Part shown: piece by piece, positions 1 to 12,869 of the stretch
Numbering within the stretch: position 1 is the first letter of the stretch
Layout of the letters: every line of letters begins with the position of its first letter
DNA from: Octopus sinensis
Taxonomy: Eukaryota
NCBI RefSeq assembly: GCF_006345805.1
Contig: NC_043006.1
Span: 34,534,001 to 34,598,000, forward strand
Length of the DNA: 64,000 nucleotides
Direction: 5' to 3'
Notes under the pieces: model-generated
The model's database searches: none
The model's input: only the letters and a program-made list of their open reading frames with translations
What the model was told of the DNA's origin: nothing
Program-made: the position numbers and the translations under genes

Positions 1-2030
1 AATCAGATTTAGGATTGAATCCAATTTTATAGTAAAATATTATATAATATTAATTAGAGACAAAACCACTATTAAGCAAATCAAACAAAGAAAGACTTAA
101 TCCAATACATAAAAAATTTATATAAATTAAATAAAATTAAATTCGCCACTACAATTGTTTCGTGTCTCTTCTAAGGACATTCATCAGGTGGTATTCAGAT
201 CTAAAAATAATCAATATTTTTAAGATATAAATTTAAAATGACTAAAAAATATAAATAATATAAATTTATCAATGAAAAAATATATATATAATCTATATAT
301 AATCAAGAACTAAAATAACCTCTATAAACAATTGAATATAATGAAACCTAGTATTTAAGTTCTCATATTTAAAGATGAAGAATCTAATTTCAAAAAACAA
401 AAAGCAAAAATTAAAATATATATACACACATGCTCATACCCATATATCTAAGTATATATATAAACATATCTAAGTACATACACTAACTCACACACCCATA
501 TATATATCTCTATACATACACATAAACATCTAGGCAACGATAAATTAATAAAGTAGCCGTATACTTCTACACATTACTTATTCATACTCCAACACATACA
601 CATACAACCCTCATTCATAAACACAGACAACAACACAGAGCAAACACCACATCCAGCAGCCGCAGATACTCAACAACAACCCACAGAAACAGTTCATTCT
701 TAGCAAGAAACTACCAAATACCATATACCACATATATACAACAACCATACATAAATACTTAAAACAAACACACACACACACATATTCCAAATACCACATG
801 CATGCAACAAACATACACAAATACGCAAACAAACACACGCACACATTCACACATACATAAACACCCAAAGGAAAACATCATTTCTACACATAAACAATGC
901 ACACCCACACACTCACACACACAATCACTCGCACACAACCGCACTCCCACCGCAACACTCCAACACAGAGGAGTAACAAATTCAGCAGATACATACACTC
1001 AGCCACACACATACAGGAACATTCCCTACTCAGCAATATACTATTAAAAACACCAACACCACTCTAAAACAAATTTATGAATAAGAATAATAACATATAT
1101 AAAATTATTCTATTATTAAACATAACCTAAACCATTTAAAACGAACCTATCTATTTATCAAAGTATGTCTAAATTATTTAATAACTAATAACAAAGAAAA
1201 ATACGATAAATAGATCACTACATAAACAACAAGATTAACATAATGAGAATATATTATTCAAAAGCTTATACATATTAAAATTACAATTAGGAGATCTTAA
1301 AAAATACGTACCTTCTATTCAATTTTAAGTTATGAAGTAAATTTAAAAGCCTAACTGTTACAGCGTTTACAAAATTACGTTATCAAAGAAATAGAATATA
1401 TTTTTAATAAATCCTTTGCACGTGATGAACGAACATTATTTTAAAGATTATGAATGGAATAGAATAGAATATGTTAATCAACGTAAATAGACTGAATTTA
1501 CTAAAAAATTCTTTGTGTGTGCATATGTGTGTATGGGTAGATATATTATGCATGTATATATGTGTATATATATGTGCACATCTATATATATATACATCTA
1601 CACATAAAATACAAAATACAAAGTTATATCTTGATATCGCTAGTGATAACAATACTCAAAATATATAATAGACTGGAATTGTAGGCCCGTCTCTTGCAAT
1701 TTCGATCAATTGGATCTTGTCCTCCCTCTTGTATAGAAGTGTACGGCTGCAGCGAAATTCATTTTTGGACTTTCTTCTATCGAAGGCATTTTAACAAAAA
1801 TGCTTCCGTAAAGACGGTGAAAATATTATCAATTTCCCCAAATAGGGACACAATTCAATTTTTAAACAATAATCAAAGCCCCTTCTCCGAAAGGGGGAGG
1901 GTTACAGTTTACAATTATTTAACAAATGCAACACAACAACGTTTCCCTGACGAGGAACTAACAAACCTGATTACAATAATCAAACAATAATAATAATAAC
2001 AACAAACCTTTTTAATTTATCCCCATTTAT
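1..2030. mobile_element. Putative degraded Penelope-like element remnant
   Basis: Contains a minimal hammerhead motif (146-191, minus) of the kind associated with Penelope-like elements. The rest is AT-rich, with an internal CA-rich tract and one non-low-complexity ORF (1694-1990) that has no recognisable domain. Boundaries are not established. Confidence 0.3.
146..191 (-). ncRNA. Minimal type I hammerhead ribozyme-like motif, family 1
   Basis: Minus strand reads CCAC-CUGAUGA-AUGUC-cuuagaaga-GACAC-GAA-ACAAUUGU-A-GUGG. Stem I is CCAC/GUGG, stem II is UGUC/GACA with an A.C mismatch at the core-proximal pair, and stem III is the palindrome ACAAUUGU. Confidence 0.6.
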
Positions 2031-2139
2031 GTGAAACCACTTATTCAAGTTCAAGTCATTGATGCAATTTTATATGAATTGCTAACACACACACACACAC
2101 ATATAAGGGTGAAAAATTGAATATTTATTTGATTGATAT

Positions 2140-2515
2140 GAATTGAAAACCAGTGGTGTAGCATATAAGACCATAGTGGATCTTCTTCTAGCAAAATGGA
2201 TGACCACTATTAATGGTTCATCCCCGTTATATACTACTTTCACTTTAATAGTTTCAGTGTTAAAATGAAAGTGTCTGCACTACAAAAGAGAGATGTTTTT
2301 GTTTCACTTTTAACACGTAATACTGAAATAGTGGAGAAGATATGATATTGCTGTGGGGTCGCCCAAGGATAAAAGTTAAAATTCTTTTTGCCGATGACAC
2401 TCCCCGGACCTTAAGTAAGGCATGTGTAAAATTTGAATGAAATTGGTTGTGTAGTTCTCAAGTTTTAGGGAAACACACAGACAGACACACACACATTCTT
2501 AGTTTTATATATAGA
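2140..2515 (-). mobile_element. Non-autonomous Helitron-like element, 5' portion
   Basis: Minus strand starts TCTATATATAAAACTAAGAATGTGTG, the same TC-TATATATAAAAC start as the elements at 47181-48316. No CTAG 3' end was found, so the left boundary is approximate. Confidence 0.45.
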
Positions 2516-2529
2516 GACACACATATACA

Positions 2530-2994
2530 TGTGTATATATATATATACGTATATACACACATATACAAGTATATATATACTTATATACACACATATACAA
2601 GTATATATATACTTATATACACACATATACAAGTATATATATACTTATATACACACATATACAAGTATATATATACTTATATACACACATATACAAGTAT
2701 ATATATACTTATATACACACATATACAAGTATATATATACTTATATACACACATATACAAGTATATATATACTTATATACACACATATACAAGTATATAT
2801 ATATACTTATATACACACATATACAAGTATATATATATACTTATATACACACATATACAAGTATATATATATACTTATATACACACATATACAAGTATAT
2901 ATATATATACTTATATACACACATATACAAGTATATATATACTTATATACACACATATACAAGTATATATATACTTATATACACACATATACAA

Positions 2995-3026
<32 letters not shown>
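2530..3026. repeat. Minisatellite, 14 units of about 31-35 bp, ending in (TA)n
   Basis: Unit (TA)n-CTTATATACACACATATACAAG; 14 CAAG anchors counted. It explains ORFs 2447-3034 and 2529-3272. Confidence 0.95.
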
Positions 3027-3033
<7 letters not shown>

Positions 3034-3844
3034 AAATTCCACTTCTAGAAAATGCTTTTCCCCCCCACGTTTTTGGTTTATACACACAGATGCACACACC
3101 GCATACACATTTATGCTTCTACCCCATTCTACATCACTTCCATCATGTATTTAATCACACACACATACACAAGTTTTCACTCTACCCACCTAAGGGTTAT
3201 ATATACACAAATATTTCTCCCCCGCACCTCACTAACCAACACCCCCAAATTTGCACATTTATATACATTTAAGCACATACTTACTCTACACCAATACATA
3301 CAAACATACATCATTTTCCCTTACACCTGCCACCAAACACAAATACTCTGACACATCCACTCACACCTTGCTTCTAGGCTTCTCGCCAAAGAATGGTGGA
3401 ACCCTGGTTTTTAGCCCTTCTCCATCTACCTATGTCTTTCCATCAATTAATTTTTAAAATTCTTTCATTTTCTCTCTCACTCCATTTTCCCATATTTCTC
3501 CTTTTCTTTCTGAACAAGGACTAACATCTAAAGCATCAAATCACTCCATATTTATTTCAACTACTCAAGCATTCAACTGATATTACATTCATTATTCATT
3601 GTTATCGCTATGTTTTTTAAAACTAATTTTGACTTCATATATATATAATATATGTATATATATATTCTTTTATTTGTTTCAGTTATTTGATAGTGGTCAT
3701 GCTGGAGCACCAGGACTTATTCTTTGTAAGCCTAGTACTTATTCTATTGGTCTCTTGCCAAACTGCTAAGTTACGGTGACATGAACACACCAACATCGGT
3801 TGTCAAGCGATGGTGGGGAGACAAACAATCACACACACACACAT

Positions 3845-6800
3845 CATCATCATCATCATCATCGTTTAGCGTCCGTTTTCCATGCTAGCATGGGTTGGAC
3901 GGTTCTACTGGGGTCTGTGAAGCCAGAAGGCTTCATCAGGCCCAGTCAAATCTGGCAGTGTTTCTACGGCTGGATGCCCTTCCTAACGCCAACCACTCCG
4001 TGAGTGTAGTGGGTGCTTTTTACGTGCCACCCGCACTGGTGCCAGACAGAGCTGGCAAACGGCCACGAACGGATGGTGCTTTTTATGTGCCACCGGCACG
4101 AGGGCCAGGCGAGGTTGGCAACGGACACGAAACGGGGCGGTGCTGGCAACGGTCGCGAAACGGAAAGTTTTCTTACATGCCACCGGCACTGGTAACACAT
4201 CTGCAATTTCCATTGATCGATTTCCATTGATCGATTTCGATTCTGATCGTCACTTGCCTCAACGGGTCTTCACAAGCAGAGTTTTGACATGCCACCGTCA
4301 CTGGTAGCACATTCGCAATTTCCATTGATCGATTTCGATTCTGATCCTCACTTGCCTCATCACGTCTTCACAAGTAGAGTTTTGTGTCCCAAGAAGGGAA
4401 GGTATGCATACGTAGGCTGGCTCCATCCCATGTAGAAGGCCACGGGTTGTGGACTCACTTGTCCTGCCGGGTCTTCTCGCGCACACCACACTTCCAGAGG
4501 TCTCGGTCTCTAGTCATTTCCTCAGTGAGACCTAAAGTTCGAAGGTCGTGCTTCACCACCTCGTCCCAGGTTTTCCTGGGTCTGCCTCTTCCACAGGTTC
4601 CCTCAACCGCTAGGGTGTGGCACTTTTTCACACAACTATCTTCATCCATTCTCGCCACATGACCATACCAGCGCAAACGTCTCTCTTGCACACCACAACT
4701 GATGCTTCTTAGGTCCAGCTTTTCCTCAAGGTACTTACACTCTGCCGAGTGTGAGTACCGGCATTACACATCCATCGGAGCATACTGGCTTCATTTCTAG
4801 CGAGCTTACGCATATCCTCAGCAGTCACGGCCCATGTTTCACTGCCATGTAGCATGGCTGTTCGTACACACGCATCATACAGTCTGCCTTTCACTCTGTG
4901 CGAGAGGCCTTTTGTCACCAGCAGAGGTAAGAGCTCTCTGAACTTTGCCCAAGCTATTCTTACTCTAGCAGTTACACTTTCAGCACACCCGCCCCCGCTG
5001 CTGACTTGGTCACCTAGGTAACGGAAACTATCAACTATTTCTAGTTTTTCTCTCCCTGGAAAGTGACGGAAGTTGGTCTCAGAGCATTTTCAGTGTTTAT
5101 TGTTCCTGAGCATCTGCCACATACAAAAACCATCTTCCTAGTTAGCCTTCCTTTGACATTGCTGCATCTCTTATGTGTCCATAGCTTACACTTGGTGCAT
5201 CTTATAGAGTTTCTACCTACACCTTTTCTACAGATCGAGCAGGGCCATCTACCTGAAGGTGTTTGTGATTTGTCTACCTTCCTACTGATTACGACTTTGG
5301 TTTTAGCTAGATTGACTCTGAGGCCCTTCGATTCTAATCCTTGTTTCCACACCTGAAACTTCTCCTCCAGTTCTGATAGCGACTCAGCAATTAGAGCAAG
5401 GTCATCAGCATAGAGGAGCTCCCAAGGGCATCCTGTCTTGAATTCCTCCGTTATTGCCTGGAGGACTATGATAAATAGGAGGGGGCTGAGTACTGAGCCT
5501 TGGTGGACTCCTACCTCTACCCGGAATTCTTCACTGTACACATTTCCAACCCTCACCCTACTAGCGGCGTCCCTGTACATGGCCCGCACAGCTCTCACTA
5601 ACCATTCATCTATCCCTAGTTTCCTCATTGCCCACCAGATAAGGGATCGGGGGACCCTGTCGAAGGCTTACTCCATGTCAACAAAAGCCAGGTACAGGGG
5701 CTTATCTTTGGCTAGGTATTTCTCCTGCAGCTGCCTTACCAGGAATATAGCATCAGTAGTACTTTTCCCTGGCACAAACCCAAACTGCATCTCATCTAAA
5801 CTAACTCTCTCTCTAATTAGTTGGGCTATGACCCTCTCCGTAACCTTCATCACCTGGTCCAAAGCTTGATACCTCTGTAGTTATTTGTATCTAGGGCATC
5901 ACCTTTACCTTGTAGCAGTTGACTATTATACTGCTACACCAGTCATTGGGTATGACCCCTTTGTGTATCACCTGATTAACTATACGGGTGACTAGGCTAT
6001 AGCCAACACTACCAGACATTTTGAGCATCTCTGCAGTGATTCCTGATGGGCCTGGGGCTTTCCCTGTCTTCATGCTTCTAATTGCCTTAGCTACCACAGA
6101 ACTATCAACTCGGATAGCTGGTCCCTCTGTTGGGTCAACATTCGGCAGACTCTCTTTATCCCATTCATTTTCTTCATTCAGCAACCTTTCATAGTGGCAT
6201 CTCCAAACCTCTCTCTTTGCATCCTCATTTAGCGCAAGTGAACCATCTTCCATGCGAACACACTTCTCTCTCACACACTGTCTTGCAACACGAAACACCT
6301 CCAGTCTTTGGTCCTCACGGCGCAGAACATTGGCAAATTTTTTCTTATCTGCTTCCCCTCTGGCTAAATAAACCTGTCTCCTAGCTTCTCTTTTGGCAGT
6401 CTGATACAATCCCCTGCTACCCCCATTTTTCCAGACCTTCCAAGCCTGTCTCTTTTCTCTAATAGCCCTGTCTACAATATTGTTCCACCACCACGTTATT
6501 CTAGGTCGAGAGGGGACTTTGCACCAGCCACAGATCTGGTCAGTGGCTCTCAGCAGGTTGTCCCTTAGAAACGTCCAGCTGTCTTCTACCCCCTGTGATG
6601 CTCTATCCCCTTCTACTTCGTCAGAGGCTTCAAGTAATATGTCCCTAAATCTCTGTCCATTTGCAGGATCTTCAAGCTTCCAGATCCTTCTTCTCCATAT
6701 TTGTCGTCTTCTGGTTGACCTCCTAGTCCTGATCCTAAAGTCACTAACTACCAGTCTATGTTGTGGGGTACATTCTTCACCTGGGAAGGTTTTGGCATTT

Positions 6801-6870
6801 ATAAGCAGCCATCTCTCCCTTTGCCTTGTAAGGATGTAGTCAATTTGGCTGGTATGTTGGCCCGATTGGT
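3845..6870 (-). mobile_element. 5'-truncated, inactivated RTE-clade LINE with 3' UTR and (GAT)n tail
   Basis: Minus-strand ORF pieces give the AP-endonuclease C-terminus (SQIDYIL...PQHRLVV), KAPGPSGITAEMLK, QFGFVPGKSTTDAIF, GVHQGSVLSPLLF, YADD (about 5401-5412) and RRLRWYGHV...GRGRPRKTW. The 3' UTR spans about 3845-4450 and ends in (GAT)n. Confidence 0.95.
4455..6870 (-). pseudogene. Disrupted RTE endonuclease/reverse transcriptase ORF
   Basis: Split over ORFs 5891-6931, 5668-5862, 5041-5628, 4709-4918 and 4455-4691 by frameshifts and an in-frame stop (DME*AFDRV at about 5668). Includes an internal CxxC...CxxC...HxxC...CxxC zinc-finger-like segment. Confidence 0.9.
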
Positions 6871-6884
6871 AAGTGACATATATA

Positions 6885-7045
6885 TATATATGATGGGCTT
6901 CTTTCAGTTTCCGTCTACCAAATCCACTCACAAGGCTTTGGTTGGCCCGAGGCTATTGTAGAAGACACTTGCCCAAGGTACCACACAGTGGGACTGAGCC
7001 CGGAACCATGTGGTTGGGAAGCAAGCTACTTACCACACAGCCACT
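6885..7045 (-). mobile_element. tRNA-derived SINE family S1, 5' half, at the LINE truncation point
   Basis: Minus strand: GGTGCAGGAGTGGCTGTGTGGTAAG (A-box-like), GGTTCCGGGCTCAGTCCC (B-box-like) and a CCTTGGGCAAG core. Confidence 0.85.
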
Positions 7046-7049
7046 CCTG

Positions 7050-7345
7050 CACCTATATATGTGGCACGTGAAAAACAACATTCAAGCATGGTCATTGCCA
7101 GTGCCATTGAACTGGCTCCCATGCAGGTAGCACATAAAAAACATCTTTTGAGCATGGTCATTGCCAGCCCCGCCTCACTGCCCCTCGTGCTGGTGGCACG
7201 TAAAAGCACCCACTACACTCTCGGTGTGGTTGGCATTAGGAAGAACATCCAGCTGTAGAAACTTTGCCAGATCAGATTGGAGCCTGGTGCAGCCTCTGGC
7301 TAACCAGTCCTCAGTCAAACCGTCCAACCCATGCCAGCATGGAAA
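7050..7345 (+). mobile_element. Dispersed copy of the RTE-type 3' UTR (representative of about 20 copies)
   Basis: Matches the reverse complement of 3845-4100 (GGCATTAGGAAG...CAGTCAAACCGTCCAACCCATGCCAGCATGGAAA...). Other copies lie near 13550, 18125, 21800, 22470, 28860, 34730, 44200, 48840, 52350, 57085, 58480 and 61830. Confidence 0.85.
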
Positions 7346-8184
7346 GTGGACGTCAAACGAAAATATGTATATATGCATATATATATATACGCACATACAT
7401 ATACATACATATGCATCTATATTAATAATTTATATGCATATATCATAATCGTCTTTTAACATCTGTTTCCATGCTGGCATGGGTTGGATATATTTATATA
7501 TTCATCCACTAAAATCTAAAATTTAAATTGTGTAACAAATAATCAATATTTACCATGCCATGTATATTCCTGTTTGTCTGTTGTAATTTTATCTTTTGTC
7601 ATGAAAACTAGGTTTGAGCATTAAAATAGAATATATGTAGAAAACACAACTAAATGAGAGATTATTTATGCTTAGTTATATCATCTTACACATATTTCAT
7701 TAACATTACATAAGTATTTTAGTTTCATAATTCAAATTGCATAATCATCATCTGTAGTTAAATTGTGAGAGACATGTATTATGCATAACATTGATGTGGT
7801 GTTGACAGAATTCACCATCCTGGAAATGGAAAGGATTGTACTAAATTAATTTGGGGAAGCTCTATATTTGTTATCATATGAGGTGGGGGGTGGGGTGAAT
7901 TAACATAGAACAGAAAGGCAAGAGATAAAAATGTTGCCAGAAAAGCTGTTAATATAGATACATCAGATCTCTACCACTTTCTGGTTAATAGTTTTATAAG
8001 GTGTTTCTATTAGTTGTTTTTTCTTTGATATGCCTTAAGTTTAGACAGCCATAGGTTTATACAATGGACATTATGCTTCGGTTGTGTATCATACATACAT
8101 TTATCTCTGCAAACACAAACACACTCATAATACACACACATATGCTATTGTACATGCAGACATACACACACACACTGATGCATA

Positions 8185-8403
8185 TAAAAGTGGGCGCTGG
8201 GAAGTTCCTGGCTTTAAGGATATCATGAAAGGCCTGGTTAGAGGTCCAACCTTCTGAGTTCTTTTACAGAGTTTAGAAAAACTGAAGGACCACTGCAATG
8301 CGCGTGTGAAATTGAGAGAGGAATATGTTAAATAAAATCAAAATTAACTGATCCTCCTGTATTTTCTTTTACCCAAAGCCAGGAACTTTTCAACACTCCT
8401 TGT
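8185..8403. mobile_element. Tc1/mariner-type MITE
   Basis: Terminal inverted repeats GCTGGGAAGTTCCTGGCTTT ... AAAGCCAGGAACTTTTCAACAC. A second copy lies at 31045-31262. Confidence 0.7.
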
Positions 8404-8564
8404 GCCTGATGTTACGGGTCACATTGAAAAAGTTCACAATTTGAGTACCTGTCTCAAAGGTATTGACAAAATTATAATTTTTTAAAATGTTTGTAAGGAT
8501 TTCCTAAAGTCTTTCTAATTGAGAAAGGAAATAGAGGTTATGAAGAAAGAATCATCACAATCAT

Positions 8565-8930
8565 CATCATCATCATCGTTTAACGTCTGCTTTCCATGCT
8601 GGCATGGGTTGGATGGTTTGACAGTGGACTGGCAAGGTTTCTACAGCTGCATACCCTTCCTAATGTCAACCACTCCGAGAGTGTAATGGGTGCATTTTAC
8701 ATGTCACCAGCATGGGAGCCAGTCAGGCAGTACTGGCATCGACCACGTTTGAATGGTGCCTTTTACATGCCACCGGCATGGGAGCCAGTAAGCCGGCACT
8801 GGCATCGACCAAACTCAAGTGGTATGTTTTACATGCCACCGGCATTGGAGCCAGTCAGGCAGCACTGGCATCAACCACATTCGAACGATGCTTTTTACAT
8901 GGTACTGGCATGGGAGTCAGTGAGGTGACA
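8565..8930 (-). mobile_element. RTE-type 3' UTR copy with 3.5 internal 66-bp tandem units
   Basis: (CAT)n plus CGTTTAACGTCTGCTTTCCATGCTGGCATGGGTTGG. TTTACATG anchors at about 8696, 8762, 8828 and 8894. Confidence 0.8.
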
Positions 8931-10329
8931 CTTGGCCTTGCTAGAAATACCAGCCAAAACTCCCTCAAACTACACCACATCTTAAAAGAAACAAACTGAT
9001 TAATGTACTCTTTCTGAAAGTAAGATGAGACTATTTTTATCTCGCTTTCCAGCTACACTGCAGTTACTCCCATCCTGTCTTCTATATTGGCAATGACAAT
9101 ATAGAACAAAACTCAAAGTTGGGAAAATCTTTATGCAATTCGAATAAGATATGTAGCCTGACTAGATGAGTTACCTGAGATTCATCTTACAAGAGCCGGT
9201 GATTTAGGTAGGTATGGATGCAAAGCAGTTCAACCAGTTCAGAATGGCAAATGCATTGACCATTAAATGATTGGCATTTTGTGTAGTGCCACTGATACCA
9301 AAGTTGGGCATCTGGTAATTTTCCATTTTTGTATTTGGTTTGCAAGATTCTTGATGTGAACTTGTGAGTTGAAACAGATTTTGTTGTATTGTGGGAGTAT
9401 CATTATGCCAATAATAAACACACACACACACACACTGGTTCTATTATTTGCTTGTCAATTAGTTAACTATTTAACCAATTAACAAATTGATTGTTAGATT
9501 AATTATTTGGTTAATTAGGTTCGTCAAAATCCTTTTGTTGCCATTTGTAACCTCATCAATGATATGCTGTCTCTACTCCAGGTTTACTTCAGGTTTAATC
9601 TGCTATTACAATATCATCAAGTACCATAGAAGTCACTAAATACAAAAGACGGCTGGTTTCTCTGGTAAGTCTATTAAACGAATCATCGTTACACACACAC
9701 ACACAACTAAAAGAGCCACTTATAATAAACAACATACTTTGCAGTTATTTGATATACTTTTTGAAAATTGCAATAGAGTAGGGTTGGGGTTAGTAAATAC
9801 TATGGCTAACATTCTCTGTAATTGGTCGTAATTGTGTAGGAAGAGTGAAAATTCTTGAGTAAGGAAGGATTGTGTACACCCAAGTCACTGAAAGTGATGA
9901 AGCCAAGTATATTTACAATTTTCAGTTGAACCAAAGTACCTAGAAATTATGATTGCTGAAATCCTGAATTTGGAGAAGAGAGTATAGCCTATAACTGACC
10001 AGTAAGAGCCAAAGAGGAAAGCCTCAATACCAGCCAAAACTCTCTCAAACTACACATCTTAAAAGAAACAAACTGATTAATGTACACTTTCTGAAAATAA
10101 GATGGTTTGACTGCTTTAGTTAAGTATTCTCAATAAAGATAGACCAGGGGCTAAATAATAACAATACCATCATCAAGAATGCCTTTCCATCTATGGCTGA
10201 TGCCATGAGAAGTAATGGCTTTCAGATGTTAACTAATATGTTTAATGAGGTTTTAATGGTATGAATGTAGACATATACAAAAATATAAATATGAATTTAT
10301 TTTTAAGAAAATGTTAATTTTATATTATG

Positions 10330-10705
10330 GAGATGTACTTGCATAGCATGTGACCTGATCTGAGATCATGTGCTGAAACAAAAACAAGTGCAGTGTGGAA
10401 GGTGTTTATTTAAAAACACACAAAATCCATTAGATTCACTTCAACATTTAAATTTAGTTTGTCAAAATATTTTCATTGCTTTGAAACTGCAACCTGTTCA
10501 CTGAAAAATTTTGTGCTGCAACATACATATATATCATGAATTAACAGTTACTTTCTCAGATGCAGCATGGAATTTTATCAGTGAACAGGTCGTGGTTTCA
10601 AAGTGACGAAAATATTTTGACAAATTAAATTTAGATGTTGAAGTGAATCTAATGGTTTTTGTGTTTTTAAATGGCTTATAAACACTTTCCATGCTGCAAT
10701 TGTTA
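10330..10705. repeat. Two inverted copies of a dispersed repeat forming a fold-back with arms of about 135 bp
   Basis: 10385-10520 is the reverse complement of 10561-10705, sharing TTAGATTCACTTCAACAT...TTGTCAAAATATTTTC...ACCTGTTCACTGA. Roughly 85% identity by eye. Confidence 0.8.
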
Positions 10706-10769
10706 ATTTTATATATGGAAAAGAAAAAGAAAAACTGAAATTGTTTGTATGAATGCCCCCACCCCACCC

Positions 10770-11075
10770 CCACATTGTGGCCTGGCTCCCTGTTGGTTAC
10801 AATAATAAGGGTTCCAGTTGATCCAATCAAAGGAACATCCTGCTTGTGAAACTAGCATGCAAGTGTCTGAGTATTCCACAGACACACTCTTAACATAATT
10901 CTTAGGGAGATTCAGCATGACACAGAATGTGACAAGCTTGGCCCTTTGAATTACAGGTGCAACCCATATTTGCCAGCTGGAGCAACATGAAGTAAAGTGT
11001 CTTGCTCAAGGACACAAAATGTGCTGCGAGGAATTGAATTGATGGTCTTACAATTGTGAGCTACATACCCAAACT
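10770..11075 (-). mobile_element. tRNA-derived SINE (head with CCTTGAGCAAGACAC core; 3' module shared with 24210-24580)
   Basis: Plus strand AAGTGTCTTGCTCAAGGACAC at about 10995-11015. The 3' module GGTTCCAGTTGATCC...CCACAGACAC...GGGAGATTCAGC is the reverse complement of 24440-24560. Confidence 0.65.
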
Positions 11076-11080
11076 ATTAA

Positions 11081-11612
11081 CCCATTAACTTTTTTATTCA
11101 TATTTATTCAAATTTCTTTATTCATATTTTTTGGCTTTGCCAGGTGTCTTACGAGTTAAAATAATAAATAGTATTTAAATTTTTTTCATATGTAAATTAT
11201 TTTGGAAATTATGATAGATTTTTTGAAAAGTCCCAAATGGAGATTGCTGAAGAAAAGCATATTTATCCTTTTCTGTTCAATTGCAATAAAAAATATTTTA
11301 GTTTTTTTGAAACTATAATATCAAATGTGAATGTGTATGAAATATCAATGAATGATATAAATGGGAAATGCAAAAAAAAAAATGTTTTCAAAACAGTCAA
11401 TATTTTTGTAGTTCAAAAATTGCAATTTATGACATAAAATGTCTTCTAGAATTAGCCAAAGCTTAATAATGACAAACTTTCACTACTAAATATTGTTAAA
11501 CACACCTCTGCAAATGCAATGTGCATAAGTAATTCACTTTGAATACAACGAACAACCGGCAGTGAAACTCTTTTTAGCAGATCCCCAAATGGGGTTCATG
11601 GCAGGCAATGGG
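11081..11612. mobile_element. piggyBac-like non-autonomous element
   Basis: Left end TTAA|CCCATTAACT; right end GGCAGGCAATGGG|TCCA (degenerate TTAA). CCC-starting TIRs with TTAA sites are the piggyBac signature. An inverted second copy lies at 19570-20365. Confidence 0.65.
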
Positions 11613-11689
11613 TCCACATGCCTTCACAGCCCTCACATAGTAACACATATATAAATACATGTACATACAAATGTGTGCATTAAATTTAA

Positions 11690-12170
11690 ATCATCATCAG
11701 TATCAACAACATTTAATGTCCGTTTTCCATGCTGGCATGGGTTGGATGGCTTGACAGGAGCTGACAAGGCCAAGGGCTGCAACAAAATCTATAGTCTACT
11801 TAGGCCTGGTTTCTACAACTGGATACCCTTCCTAATGCCAACCACTTTACAGAATGTACCAGATGCTTCTTACATGATACCAGCACTTTTTACTTGGTAC
11901 TGACTGGCTCCTGTGCTGGTGGCACATAAAAAGCACCATCTGAACGTGTTCGTTGCCAGGCCCACCTGACTGGCTCCTGTGCCAGTGGCATGTAAAAAGC
12001 ATCCACTACACTCTTGGAGTGGTTAGAGTTAGGAAGGGCATCCAGCTGTAGAAACTTTGCCAGATCAGATTGGAGCCTGGTGCAGCCGCTGGCTTTCCAG
12101 ATCTCAGTCAAACCATCCAACCCATGCTAGCATGGAAAACGGACATTAAACGATGATGATGATGATGACC
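11690..12170. repeat. Head-to-head pair of RTE-type 3' UTR copies
   Basis: The left copy begins with (CAT)n...TTTCCATGCTGGCATGGGTTGG and the right copy ends CCAACCCATGCTAGCATGGAAA...(GAT)n. Confidence 0.75.
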
Positions 12171-12835
12171 AGCACCAGTGCTTTTAATGTGGTACCAACA
12201 CCAGTGCATTTTACATGGCACCGGCAACTGTGAAGAAAGTGAATCAGAAACTAAGAATAGCAACAAAGTGAAACCTCAAATAGAACAAAAATCATACATA
12301 CACATATACAGAAATGCATGCACGCACATATGCACACAGATGGCAAATGTAGTTTTGTTTGCACAAATAAAACATTATCTGAATAACAACTCAGTATGCA
12401 AAGATGACTTAAACATTTATTTTTTAAAAGGTGAAAGTGATAAAGTAAGGCTTTTCAAACACTACGTCATGTACTTACATATTTGAGTCAGAAAGAGACT
12501 GTGCATATTTGACTGTGACTGTGTGTGTGCATTGTACAAATATACATACATACCTGCTCACACACATGCATACATGTCTATATATAGATACATACACACA
12601 TACTAATATTATCATAAACACAGTAACAGAATAATGCAGACATCCTGACAACTACAGCTATTTCTGTGTGCACTCACACGAACACACATGCTTTTATATA
12701 TGCATACACATAAACACACAAAAACGCATATCTATATTATATATTTATATACACACACACACACACACACACAAAAATACATATCTATATTATATATATT
12801 CGCAGACACACATATACAAGAACGGATGTTTATAT

Positions 12836-12869
<34 letters not shown>

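Noticed and set aside
5110-5260. Cys/His zinc-finger (PHD-like) segment inside the RTE reverse transcriptase ORF as a captured host domain
   Set aside because: To my knowledge this insertion is a regular feature of this RTE subgroup, so it is not treated as novel.
9592-9670. Exon candidate ending in CTG|GTAAGT
   Set aside because: All three frames contain stops. CTGGTAAGTC...ACGAAT may instead be a heavily decayed CTGATGAGTC...ACGAAA hammerhead core, but it is too degenerate to claim.
9926-9981. Possible exon EPKYLEIMIAEILNLEKR
   Set aside because: The donor is weak (GTATAG), and the sequence resembles a frameshifted LINE KAPG...IxAEILK motif.
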